64,000 nt of DNA from a virus. Its lineage: Duplodnaviria > Caudoviricetes. This document shows positions 40,797 through 49,103 of the stretch, one piece after another; within the stretch, counting starts at the first letter, position 1; every line of letters starts with the position of its first letter. A model generated the notes under the pieces. That model was not told the DNA's origin, searched no databases, and saw nothing but the letters and a program-made list of their open reading frames with translations. The position numbers and the translations under genes are program-made. The DNA is taken from positions 544,001 to 608,000 of the IMG/VR virus record IMGVR_UViG_3300021431_000075. One strand, 5' to 3'.

Positions 40797-41666
40797 ATGA
40801 GCGGAATTGCATTTATAGTTCCAAACGCAGACTTTTCAGGCAGCGTTCTTGGACAAGTAACGATTCAGAAAACTGTTGAAGAAATGGCTTCAACGGTCGT
40901 AAAAGCATACACAGATAAGATTGGAAGCACTCAGTATTCTTCTCAACTGACGAATATGGTAATGTCTCTTATGAGAGAAGGAATATGGAACGGTATTGAC
41001 GTATATCCGATGCTCGGTTCCACTTTAAATCATATGGCTATCAATATAAATCCAAACAACGGATTCCAAGGCCTTGATTTGAAATTTGGCACTAATGCTT
41101 CATATGTTACAAATGGTGTTGAGTTTGCAGAAGGCGATGATTACGGAAGTACTATAACAGATGTGACATATAAGGCATATGACGGTACTGCTGCAGAAGT
41201 TACACAATCTCTAAATGGTTTCTACATATTATCTGATTTGAGAAGATATACTTTGAATGGAAGAATCAGAACTTTTTATACTACAAGAGGTAACCAGAAC
41301 ACTCCGGTCACAATAAAAATAGGTTCAACTGGTAAGGCTATTTGGGAAATTAGCAATACGAGTTTATCATCCACAACGTTAATCGGAACAAGTAGAAATA
41401 ATGTTTCATTTTCAATTAATAACGGAACAATGATAGAATATATTGATGGTGTTCAAGATGTATCGACAGCAGTTGGTTTTGCAAGCGACTCACCAAATGT
41501 CAGGATTGGCAATTTCTTGGGAGCATCGCCAGTTAATGATACTGCAGTAACCACATTTAACGGTTCTTGCTGGTTCTGGGCCATTGGCATAATAGATCCA
41601 TCAAAGCATGCGACAGCAAATACAATATTTAAGACATTCCTTGATGCAGTAAAACCGAACATTTAA
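40797..41666 (+). CDS. Small companion protein of cassette 2R (LamG-like)
   Basis: MSGIAFIVPNADFSGSVLGQVT N-terminus, related to the other companion genes. Confidence 0.7.
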   Translation: MSGIAFIVPNADFSGSVLGQVTIQKTVEEMASTVVKAYTDKIGSTQYSSQLTNMVMSLMREGIWNGIDVYPMLGSTLNHMAININPNNGFQGLDLKFGTNASYVTNGVEFAEGDDYGSTITDVTYKAYDGTAAEVTQSLNGFYILSDLRRYTLNGRIRTFYTTRGNQNTPVTIKIGSTGKAIWEISNTSLSSTTLIGTSRNNVSFSINNGTMIEYIDGVQDVSTAVGFASDSPNVRIGNFLGASPVNDTAVTTFNGSCWFWAIGIIDPSKHATANTIFKTFLDAVKPNI

Positions 41667-41685
41667 CCAAAATACCATCAAATAC

Positions 41686-41725
41686 AAAAATGCCAAGACT
41701 TCTTAAAAATAGTCTTGGCATTTTT
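41686..41725 (+). terminator. Intrinsic terminator
   Basis: AAAAATGCCAAGACT...AGTCTTGGCATTTTT. Confidence 0.7.
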
Positions 41726-41744
41726 CATCATTTCAAGCATAAAA

Positions 41745-42005
41745 TCAATCCTGATAGTTCTGTAGAACATAGAGATTCATAGAATCACATATGTTTACTT
41801 TCTTTTGACGATTCATCGGTGACTTGGTACTCACAAGACCATTCATTAAGAATGCGTTTTCCTATTGGTCATCTCCACGTCCCGTCTCCCCGAACTCAGG
41901 GGCAGCCCGGACTATCGGACTCCGGGAAATCCAGAGACAACTTAATGTCTCTATGAGTTTACAAAGAACAATGATATTAAATCTACATAAGTATACTACA
42001 AGATG
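41745..42005 (-). mobile_element. Probable non-autonomous IS605/IS607 (TnpB-type) remnant with omega-RNA-like sequence
   Basis: GC-rich non-coding island. The minus strand reads GGGCTGCCCCTGAG...GGACGTGGAGATG...CGATGAATCGTCAA, which resembles tnpB 3' ends, with short TCTATG/TCTACA repeats at the edges. Recognised by eye only. Confidence 0.4.
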
Positions 42006-42059
42006 TCAAAATAGTTTAAAATAACTTCAATGTTTTTTTTGATAGCATATTAAATAGAA

Positions 42060-42694
42060 TTAGTTAATGATTACAATACATTAAACATCAAACGTAAATC
42101 CATCAGGATTTCTAATTTCATACAGAATAACATTGAATACTATGAAGAAAATTGCGAGATAATGGCATATTGTGCTGGCAATTTTAACAGAATAAAGAAT
42201 GTTACAAGTTCTAACATATCTTCTGTCAATACATTAAGGGTATTTAGTAAAAACTATACATTTCACCGAATGAGTTAAACAAATGCATCAAGATAGTATG
42301 CGGAACTGCAATTAAGAAGGTTGCGCTTTCTATAAGTAGAAATAGTTATGGAATGATAGCACTTGATGTTTATTCAGATAGACTTATTCCAGAAGGAAAA
42401 GAGCAGTTTTATCTTCCGGCGGTTCCAACTGATATGGGTAACATAAATGTTGGAGATAGTGTATTCGTAACATCTAATAACACAGTTGTTGTTTGGAATG
42501 GTTCGAAATGGGTTGAAAACGATAGTGCCGGAGCAAGTGTTGTCCGTAGCGGTGCAACAAGCGAGAGACCATCCGGAAGTTCAATTTATGTAGGATTCCA
42601 GTTCTTTGACACTACGCTTGGAAAACCTATATATGCTAATGCAATCAGCGGAAACACTGTAACATGGGTAGATGCAACAGGAGCAAATGTCTAA
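42060..42694 (+). pseudogene. 5'-truncated, frameshifted tail fibre/spike remnant
   Basis: 42353..42694 encodes SGATSERP...VGFQFFDTTLGKPIY...WVDATG, like the C-terminus of 49104..52085. The upstream open frame shifts near 42260 and there is no N-terminal anchor. Confidence 0.6.
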
Positions 42695-42705
42695 ATGATT
42701 TTTCA

Positions 42706-44457
42706 TTAAACTATTAATCTTTTCATTTCAGATAGATAAAACTTAAAAACTTTATCTTCTCCGGCTTGTGATTGGTGTTTGCCGTCATATGTATAAAGTC
42801 CATAACGTTTAGAATATCCATTATTCAACACTCCGTTATTGGTTGCTTCTTCATAAGTGCTTATCTGACCAGTCGAATCTTTAATAAAGTTGTATATCGG
42901 ATTTGTTCTTGACAAGTTAGTTCTGTCATTTGCAACACCCGGATTTCCATCATTGTAATATGGCTGGCATGGTTCAGTGAACGGAGAGAAACCACAATAA
43001 CGCTCTCCATCTATTATCTGAATGCACATGCGTTTGCATACATCTATTATAACATCATTCACTCGTTTAGCACTTTCACCATTCATATTACCCAATCTTT
43101 GAAATACAGTTCCGACAACAATATATGCAGTCGGATATTGTCTCTTGAGATATTCAAGATAGTATCTCATGCAAGCATATGTAGTCGTGGCGCTTTCAAG
43201 TTCTTTATAATTATATGTAGAGAATGCATCAGAAGCGGTTCCAATATCTTCTGTGTTACTAATGTCATTTCCACCAAGTTGAATGATAATTATATCAGGT
43301 TCTATATTTTCTGACTCAAAACTGTTTATCTGAGCGCCTAAACAATTTGTAAGTGTTTGGTCTTGATACTTATTTCTCCATGTAGCACCACCATTCGCAT
43401 AGTTTCTAAAAGTGTCTATTTCCAATTCTTCAGCAAGACGTTGTGCCCATTTGGTATTTCCGGTAGCGGTTGAAGAATCACCAAACACAATCATTGTTTT
43501 CCCTGATGTCGGCAAAGAATGTTTTAACGATTCGATTTTGTCATTCACTTCTGTGATTTTTGAATTAGTATATTCAATCGGATTCGATGTACGTTTCCAT
43601 AACGCTTTTGACAAAGATGTCCAAAGTGAGTTGAATATCAATGTGTCAAAAGAACCATCACATTCTATTGTTTCTGTTACAATTTCGGAACTTGTGCTTG
43701 AACCAATTTCTATAATTATATCATTCTTCACTTTTGCATATAGTTTTCCAGTTGAACCTCCTTGACCTGTTATTATGAACACATCTCCGATTGAAAAATC
43801 AGTTACTATTAAATATCTTCTTGTAGTTTTTGATGTATCAGGTGTAATTTCGGACAAACGATCACCGACATTTGTCTGAATCATTCCTACATTATTTGCA
43901 AAATCATCTTTGAAGTCAATGTCTATGTTTCCAGAAATGCTTGCTTTTATATTTTGCAATTCTTCTGTTATGATGTCTTTATATGGTCTGTAACTTTTAT
44001 GGATGATATTCAAATCTGCAGTTCTGCTGTTGAATATCAAAGTGTCAAATGTGCCATCGCAATAAACTTCAATCGTAGATAAAGAACTATTGCCTTCTGC
44101 ATATATGATAATGTCATCTTTTGCTTTCGCAACTAATTTTCCTGTTACACCTCCAGCACCTGTGATGATAAAAACATCTCCAGAAACAAAATCACTTGTT
44201 ATATAATAAGACCTGTTTGTTGATTCTTGGACAGTCTGCTCAGAAACTTTTCCATCAATTGGCGTTGGAAATATTCCATGTATGAATCTATTTTTAATAT
44301 CTTCATCATTTCTGTTCAGCAATAATGATTGTATAGTATTGGTTATAGTTGCTTGTGTTACGCTGCCGTCCGTGTTATAACCAAGTTCATTATATAAATT
44401 ATCCTTGATGTCATAAACAACACCTTTGACTCTTATTTTAGTTACATTATTACTCAT
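42706..44457 (-). CDS. Cassette 3L: virion-type protein with an SGNH hydrolase (start corrected to ATG 44457)
   Basis: MSNNVTKIRVKGVVYDIKDNLYNELGYNTDGSVTQ; duplicated GDVFIITGxGG module; FGDS, GGATW, LGGND and DGKH motifs. Confidence 0.8.
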   Translation of the reverse strand: MSNNVTKIRVKGVVYDIKDNLYNELGYNTDGSVTQATITNTIQSLLLNRNDEDIKNRFIHGIFPTPIDGKVSEQTVQESTNRSYYITSDFVSGDVFIITGAGGVTGKLVAKAKDDIIIYAEGNSSLSTIEVYCDGTFDTLIFNSRTADLNIIHKSYRPYKDIITEELQNIKASISGNIDIDFKDDFANNVGMIQTNVGDRLSEITPDTSKTTRRYLIVTDFSIGDVFIITGQGGSTGKLYAKVKNDIIIEIGSSTSSEIVTETIECDGSFDTLIFNSLWTSLSKALWKRTSNPIEYTNSKITEVNDKIESLKHSLPTSGKTMIVFGDSSTATGNTKWAQRLAEELEIDTFRNYANGGATWRNKYQDQTLTNCLGAQINSFESENIEPDIIIIQLGGNDISNTEDIGTASDAFSTYNYKELESATTTYACMRYYLEYLKRQYPTAYIVVGTVFQRLGNMNGESAKRVNDVIIDVCKRMCIQIIDGERYCGFSPFTEPCQPYYNDGNPGVANDRTNLSRTNPIYNFIKDSTGQISTYEEATNNGVLNNGYSKRYGLYTYDGKHQSQAGEDKVFKFYLSEMKRLIV

Positions 44458-44667
44458 TGATTGCAAAATGATTACTTTTAGTATTAAAATTACAAAACTG
44501 CGAGGTTTCTTATTCAAGCGAGTTTGCTACAGCATAGAACTACTTACAATTCTCTAATGCACAGAAACTTACACCAACTAATTGAAAGAGTAGAACTTAC
44601 CTGAATAAGAAACGTTGGAATTTTGATATTTTAATACTAAATGTAATCATTTTGCAATCAATGAGTA
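44451..44667. repeat. Switch locus 3: inner site pair with 67-bp spacer, plus outer 40-bp inverted repeat over both start codons
   Basis: GTTTCTTATTCAAGCGAGTTT (44505-44525) and GAACTTACCTGAATAAGAAAC (44593-44613). The outer arms 44451-44490 and 44628-44667 match at 39 of 40 positions. Confidence 0.9.
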
Positions 44668-46700
44668 CGAATGTAACCAAGATGAGAGTCAAGGGTGTTG
44701 TGTACAATCTTAATAAATTATATGACACAACTGGTTCTAATACAGACGGAAGTGTAACACAATCATTTTTTACAAGAAAGTTATCAGGAAAGAAAATAAG
44801 CATACCAGATACTGCAGATAATAGGTATTTGGTATCATCGACTGCAAAGTGGACTAATTCAAACTATTCAATTCTAATAGATGTCGTTTCTTTTCGTGGA
44901 AATAAAATAATCATCAATAATGTAATCGTTACAGGAACGAAATATGCATTCTTGATTGATAGTGATGAAACTTCTGTCACTTTGTGTAATGGAACTTCTA
45001 TCTCTGATTATACAAATTTCACTGCATTGACGATTCCAAATGATGCTAACTACTTATATCTTTATCTTGGAAACAATGTTCCGACTTATATGCCTGCTGT
45101 GTTTGTATATGGCACTGAAGAAGGTATTGAATACAGATTGACAAAAATAGAAAATGATGTTTATCAAATATCTGGCGAGACAGCAGAAATCACCAACTAT
45201 ACAAACAAATATATTATGTTATCAAGAGGAAGTTGGTTAGATGCACCGAATGAAAACTCTCATTGTGTCATAGTTGATGTTTCGAAGCAACGTAGCAATA
45301 AGATTAAAACCAACATCGGCGTTCAGTATGCGTTTATATCTGTTGACAATGGACAAAAAGTTATATATTGCAAAGATGTCAACGACACTGACTTACAAGG
45401 TTCTATAACATTAAATTCATTTTATACTATTCCAGATGATGCTATAGAATTTTATGTGTTTTATACAGGAGACACGATTCCAACTTTTGAATTTGAAACG
45501 CCGATAAAAGAAGGCATCAATCAGAAAATTATTGGTATTGAATCTGAATTAACAACCATTCAGCAAAATATAAATTCAGTTAAAGATAAAGTCAACGGTC
45601 GCATTCTTGAAATTCCAAATGCCGCTGACAATATATATTGTGGTTTAACATCGGGCAAATGGATGAGTGGAAATTATTCAATATTGCTTGACGTTTCCAA
45701 GTTCAGAGGCGAACAGATAAAGGCATCACAAGGCAACCAATGGGCATTTATGTTATCAGACGGCGGTCATGCCGTTGGTGGTATATGTGTATTTTGTAAA
45801 AATTCTTCAAACGAAGACATAAAGGGAACATCATTCGATAAGAACACATGGTATGACATTCCGTTGGATGCAAATTACTTTTATTTATATTTAAGCAATA
45901 ATCCATCTACTGTTCCAACTATAGAAATCACAGGAGAAGTTTACGGATTAGACAATATCATAGAAAATATCGACGCGATTTCATCTTCAACTATTATAAC
46001 AAAAGGAAAGAAGATAGCTTGGTTTGGTGATAGCCTAAGTCAACTTATGGAATTGCCTCATCTTGTTGAAAAAAGAATAGGTCAGACTGTGTATGATTGT
46101 AGTTTTGCAGGAGCGCCAATATATGGTTCCGGTTCAAACACAGACAATTATTATGATACCGGTTTCTGTTCTCTTGTATCGCAAATTGTAGCAAATGATT
46201 TCACACCGTTGCAAACTGCTCTTGACAATCAATTAAGCCAGGGACAAATAACACAAGATAGTTATAACAAGAAAATGATAAACTACAACATCTTGTCAAA
46301 TATTGATTTTAGTGAAATAGATAAGATTGTTGTATTTGCAGGAACAAATGATAAAGTTTATTCAACATTAAACATAGAGCCGTTGAAAACAGGTTTGAGA
46401 AATGCATTGCAATCGCTTTTCACAAATAAACGCAACATTATTGTTTATGGAATATTGCCACCATATAGAACAGATTGGGATGAGACATCTAACGGAACAA
46501 AAAGAACATTGTTACAAATCAATAGTGCAATTGCAGAAGTGTATTCTGAATTCGGCATTCCGTATCTTGATTTCTTCCATGCATGCTGCACCAATCAATA
46601 TAACTATTTGCAATGGATGAACAATGACGGTTTGCATCAAAATGCTGCCGGAGACAAGATGTGGGCTGATAAGATAAGCGCGTGGTTGTTGAGTTGTTAA
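44661..46700 (+). CDS. Cassette 3R: virion-type protein with three repeated modules and an SGNH hydrolase (start ATG 44661)
   Basis: MSTNVTKMRVKGVVYNLNKLYDTTGSNTDGSVTQ; three DVSxxRxxxI...IPxDA repeats; WFGDS, AGTND and DGLH motifs. Confidence 0.8.
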   Translation: MSTNVTKMRVKGVVYNLNKLYDTTGSNTDGSVTQSFFTRKLSGKKISIPDTADNRYLVSSTAKWTNSNYSILIDVVSFRGNKIIINNVIVTGTKYAFLIDSDETSVTLCNGTSISDYTNFTALTIPNDANYLYLYLGNNVPTYMPAVFVYGTEEGIEYRLTKIENDVYQISGETAEITNYTNKYIMLSRGSWLDAPNENSHCVIVDVSKQRSNKIKTNIGVQYAFISVDNGQKVIYCKDVNDTDLQGSITLNSFYTIPDDAIEFYVFYTGDTIPTFEFETPIKEGINQKIIGIESELTTIQQNINSVKDKVNGRILEIPNAADNIYCGLTSGKWMSGNYSILLDVSKFRGEQIKASQGNQWAFMLSDGGHAVGGICVFCKNSSNEDIKGTSFDKNTWYDIPLDANYFYLYLSNNPSTVPTIEITGEVYGLDNIIENIDAISSSTIITKGKKIAWFGDSLSQLMELPHLVEKRIGQTVYDCSFAGAPIYGSGSNTDNYYDTGFCSLVSQIVANDFTPLQTALDNQLSQGQITQDSYNKKMINYNILSNIDFSEIDKIVVFAGTNDKVYSTLNIEPLKTGLRNALQSLFTNKRNIIVYGILPPYRTDWDETSNGTKRTLLQINSAIAEVYSEFGIPYLDFFHACCTNQYNYLQWMNNDGLHQNAAGDKMWADKISAWLLSC

Positions 46701-46720
46701 AAACTAAATAAACTATTCAA

Positions 46721-46762
46721 TAAAAAGATAATGAGCAACTATTTTAGTTGCTCATTTTATCT
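46721..46762. terminator. Bidirectional intrinsic terminator
   Basis: AAGATAATGAGCAACTA-ttt-TAGTTGCTCATTTTATCTT between convergent genes. Confidence 0.7.
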
Positions 46763-46768
46763 TCAATT

Positions 46769-47545
46769 TTAATTATGCTCTATATGGAAATAAGTGTCTA
46801 TGTTTGATTCATTCAAAACAAATGTTACATCAACTGTTTGCGCTGCACTTCCATAAGCAGCCATGTTCAAAGCGAAACCGCCGCCTGTTGATGGAAGATA
46901 ACTTGACAAGTCGATAACTGTTTCTACTGTTGCACTACCTTTCCATTGCGAATCTCTTGAAATTTCTGTCAAATCATTTCCGGTTGCATAACAAACTCTG
47001 ACTTTATATCCGGGCGCTACATAAATCGTATAGTTGTTATCACTAACTGCTGTCAAGCATTTGGTAGTAGTTCCTTCAACCGTATCATACCATCCATATA
47101 TCTTGTTGTAATAAGTATCTGTTGAAGTATAAACTTTGAATTTTTTATCCGTTCCCCAACTACCGGTTACTGAAACGATATTGTGTTCTTCATAGAATGA
47201 AACATGTTCTTCTACTGCAATTGTCTTAGTGGCAGAAATCAATGAATTATAAACAGACGTTGCACGGATAACAATACTTTGCGCACTTCTATTCATATCA
47301 ATCGTCAAAACGCCATAACTGTTGATAGACGCGATTTCGCTTCCTTCTACAATGCTCCATTCGACGTCGGTTTCTTCCGTGTTGGCAGGATTGTAAACTA
47401 TACTATATTCAACGCTTGTCGTGTTGCTTGATATAGTTGAAGGTCCATCAATGCTTATGCTTTCAACACGACCTGCCAAGAAAGTTACTTGTCCCAAGTT
47501 ATTATTTGAGAAATCCAAATCGGTCACTTTTATCGCGATACCCAT
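46769..47545 (-). CDS. Small companion protein of cassette 4L with an Ig-like (Big_2) domain
   Basis: MGIAIKVTDLDFSNNNLGQVT N-terminus; VESISIDG...YNPANTEETDVEWS...ASINSYGVLT Ig-like pattern. Confidence 0.75.
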   Translation of the reverse strand: MGIAIKVTDLDFSNNNLGQVTFLAGRVESISIDGPSTISSNTTSVEYSIVYNPANTEETDVEWSIVEGSEIASINSYGVLTIDMNRSAQSIVIRATSVYNSLISATKTIAVEEHVSFYEEHNIVSVTGSWGTDKKFKVYTSTDTYYNKIYGWYDTVEGTTTKCLTAVSDNNYTIYVAPGYKVRVCYATGNDLTEISRDSQWKGSATVETVIDLSSYLPSTGGGFALNMAAYGSAAQTVDVTFVLNESNIDTYFHIEHN

Positions 47546-47564
47546 AATTGTTTCTTATTTTGAT

Positions 47565-48905
47565 TTATAAAATTGTTGTTTTGGTATAAGGAGTCTTGTA
47601 TGCATGCTCGGATGCACTCTTTGCAGAAGTTAATGCAGAAGAAGTGATTGTTCCGAATGATGATGTTTGTGGATATACATTCGGGTCTGTGTTTGAAGTT
47701 GACGAATCACTAAGAGCAAAAACGTTTGTTCCCCATATGGGTTTCCAATCTATTTCCGCAAGCGGTTTCATATCTCCGAATATTCTAAACAATGACAAAT
47801 AGAGAACATAAGAGCCGATTAATCTACCAATGCCGTCTTCCATATGTGCTCCGTCTGATGTAATATGACCAGCCGAACCATAAGCATCAAGTTCCTGATT
47901 CGTTCTTCCGTTTTGAATAGCGGTTCCGGAAGGAACTATGAAATCAACGATGCCGTTGGAAACCAGCGTTTGACAGATTGAACACATCGTCCCCCACATC
48001 GTATCGCCATATGTAATCTCTCCTTCTGTTGATTTTTTCGGATTCGTCAAAACATAGCCCCAAATTGGCTTATAACCGATATAACCATTAACAAGAGACG
48101 TTAATGTCTGCAGACCGGTTCCTTCATTGTTTATGATTGTGGTTTCACGGTCGCTCAGGTCTGATGCCTGATGCGTCATGATTATATTCCACTTATTGCC
48201 GTTGTCAAGAGCATTTTTAATCGTAGTGTTCGCGCTTCCGCTCGAAGTCCAATAGCCATTAGTGCTTTTGTATTCGAAATAATAATATGGCGTTTCATTA
48301 TTGAATCTGTTAATGTGTCCTTCAATATTCATCCCAGACAAATATAACACACCGATTATAAGAGTAATTCCGCTATTTGCTTCTATTAGACGTGGAAGAT
48401 ATACGCAGTTGTCGATGCTGAATGAATTACCGATGAAGAGAATCTTTATTTCCTTTGCTGAACTTCCGCTAATAATCGGAACATCATCAACCAGAGCACA
48501 AGACAAACCATCTTCGTCATACTTCATTCCGATGTTGCCATCTGCATCAACGACATAAAAACCATGTTCCATCACTTTCACACAATAAGGCATGGACATC
48601 TTGACGATGTCAAGCAGGGACGTTTTGAAATGAGTGCTCAACTTAGCAACATCGAATCCGTTCTCGTCATATTTCATGCCGACTTTTCCATTATTGTCTG
48701 TAACTGTGAAACCTTCTTCTTCTGTTATGCTTATTGATGAGAAACTGGATTCAACATCATTGACAAGATCGATAACATTGTCAAAACATTCAGTTATTGC
48801 AGACTGTGTCATTCCGCCATCTGTATTAGAACCGGTCGTGTCATATAACTTATTAAGGTCATAAACAACACCTTTGACTCTCACCTTGGTTACATTCGTA
48901 CCCAT
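47565..48905 (-). CDS. Cassette 4L: virion-type protein with a DUF4886-like SGNH hydrolase (start corrected to ATG 48905)
   Basis: MGTNVTKVRVKGVVYDLNKLYDTTGSNTDGGMTQ; KILFIGNSFS, HQAS, PSGTAIQNGR and DGAH motifs. Confidence 0.8.
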   Translation of the reverse strand: MGTNVTKVRVKGVVYDLNKLYDTTGSNTDGGMTQSAITECFDNVIDLVNDVESSFSSISITEEEGFTVTDNNGKVGMKYDENGFDVAKLSTHFKTSLLDIVKMSMPYCVKVMEHGFYVVDADGNIGMKYDEDGLSCALVDDVPIISGSSAKEIKILFIGNSFSIDNCVYLPRLIEANSGITLIIGVLYLSGMNIEGHINRFNNETPYYYFEYKSTNGYWTSSGSANTTIKNALDNGNKWNIIMTHQASDLSDRETTIINNEGTGLQTLTSLVNGYIGYKPIWGYVLTNPKKSTEGEITYGDTMWGTMCSICQTLVSNGIVDFIVPSGTAIQNGRTNQELDAYGSAGHITSDGAHMEDGIGRLIGSYVLYLSLFRIFGDMKPLAEIDWKPIWGTNVFALSDSSTSNTDPNVYPQTSSFGTITSSALTSAKSASEHAYKTPYTKTTIL

Positions 48906-48952
48906 TGATTGTAAAATGCTTACTTTTAGTATTAAAATTACAAAACTGCGAG

Positions 48953-49061
48953 GTTTCTTATTCAGGCGTGTTTGATGCGGCATATAACTACTTACAATTC
49001 TCTAATGCACAGAAACTTACACTAACTAAGGGAAAGAGTAGAACTTACCTGAATAAGAAAC
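48953..49061. repeat. Switch locus 4: site pair with 67-bp spacer
   Basis: GTTTCTTATTCAGGCGTGTTT (48953-48973) and GAACTTACCTGAATAAGAAAC (49041-49061). The spacer and left leader are a direct near-copy of locus 3. Confidence 0.9.
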
Positions 49062-49103
49062 GATGTTTTTGAACACTTATATAGTAAAATTAGACATCAA
49101 CTA

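Noticed and set aside
44458-44517. N-terminal extensions given by the ORF track for 42706..44517, 44652..46700 and 47565..48983
   Set aside because: They run through the shared leader and site. Alignment with paralogs supports ATG starts at 44457, 44661 and 48905.
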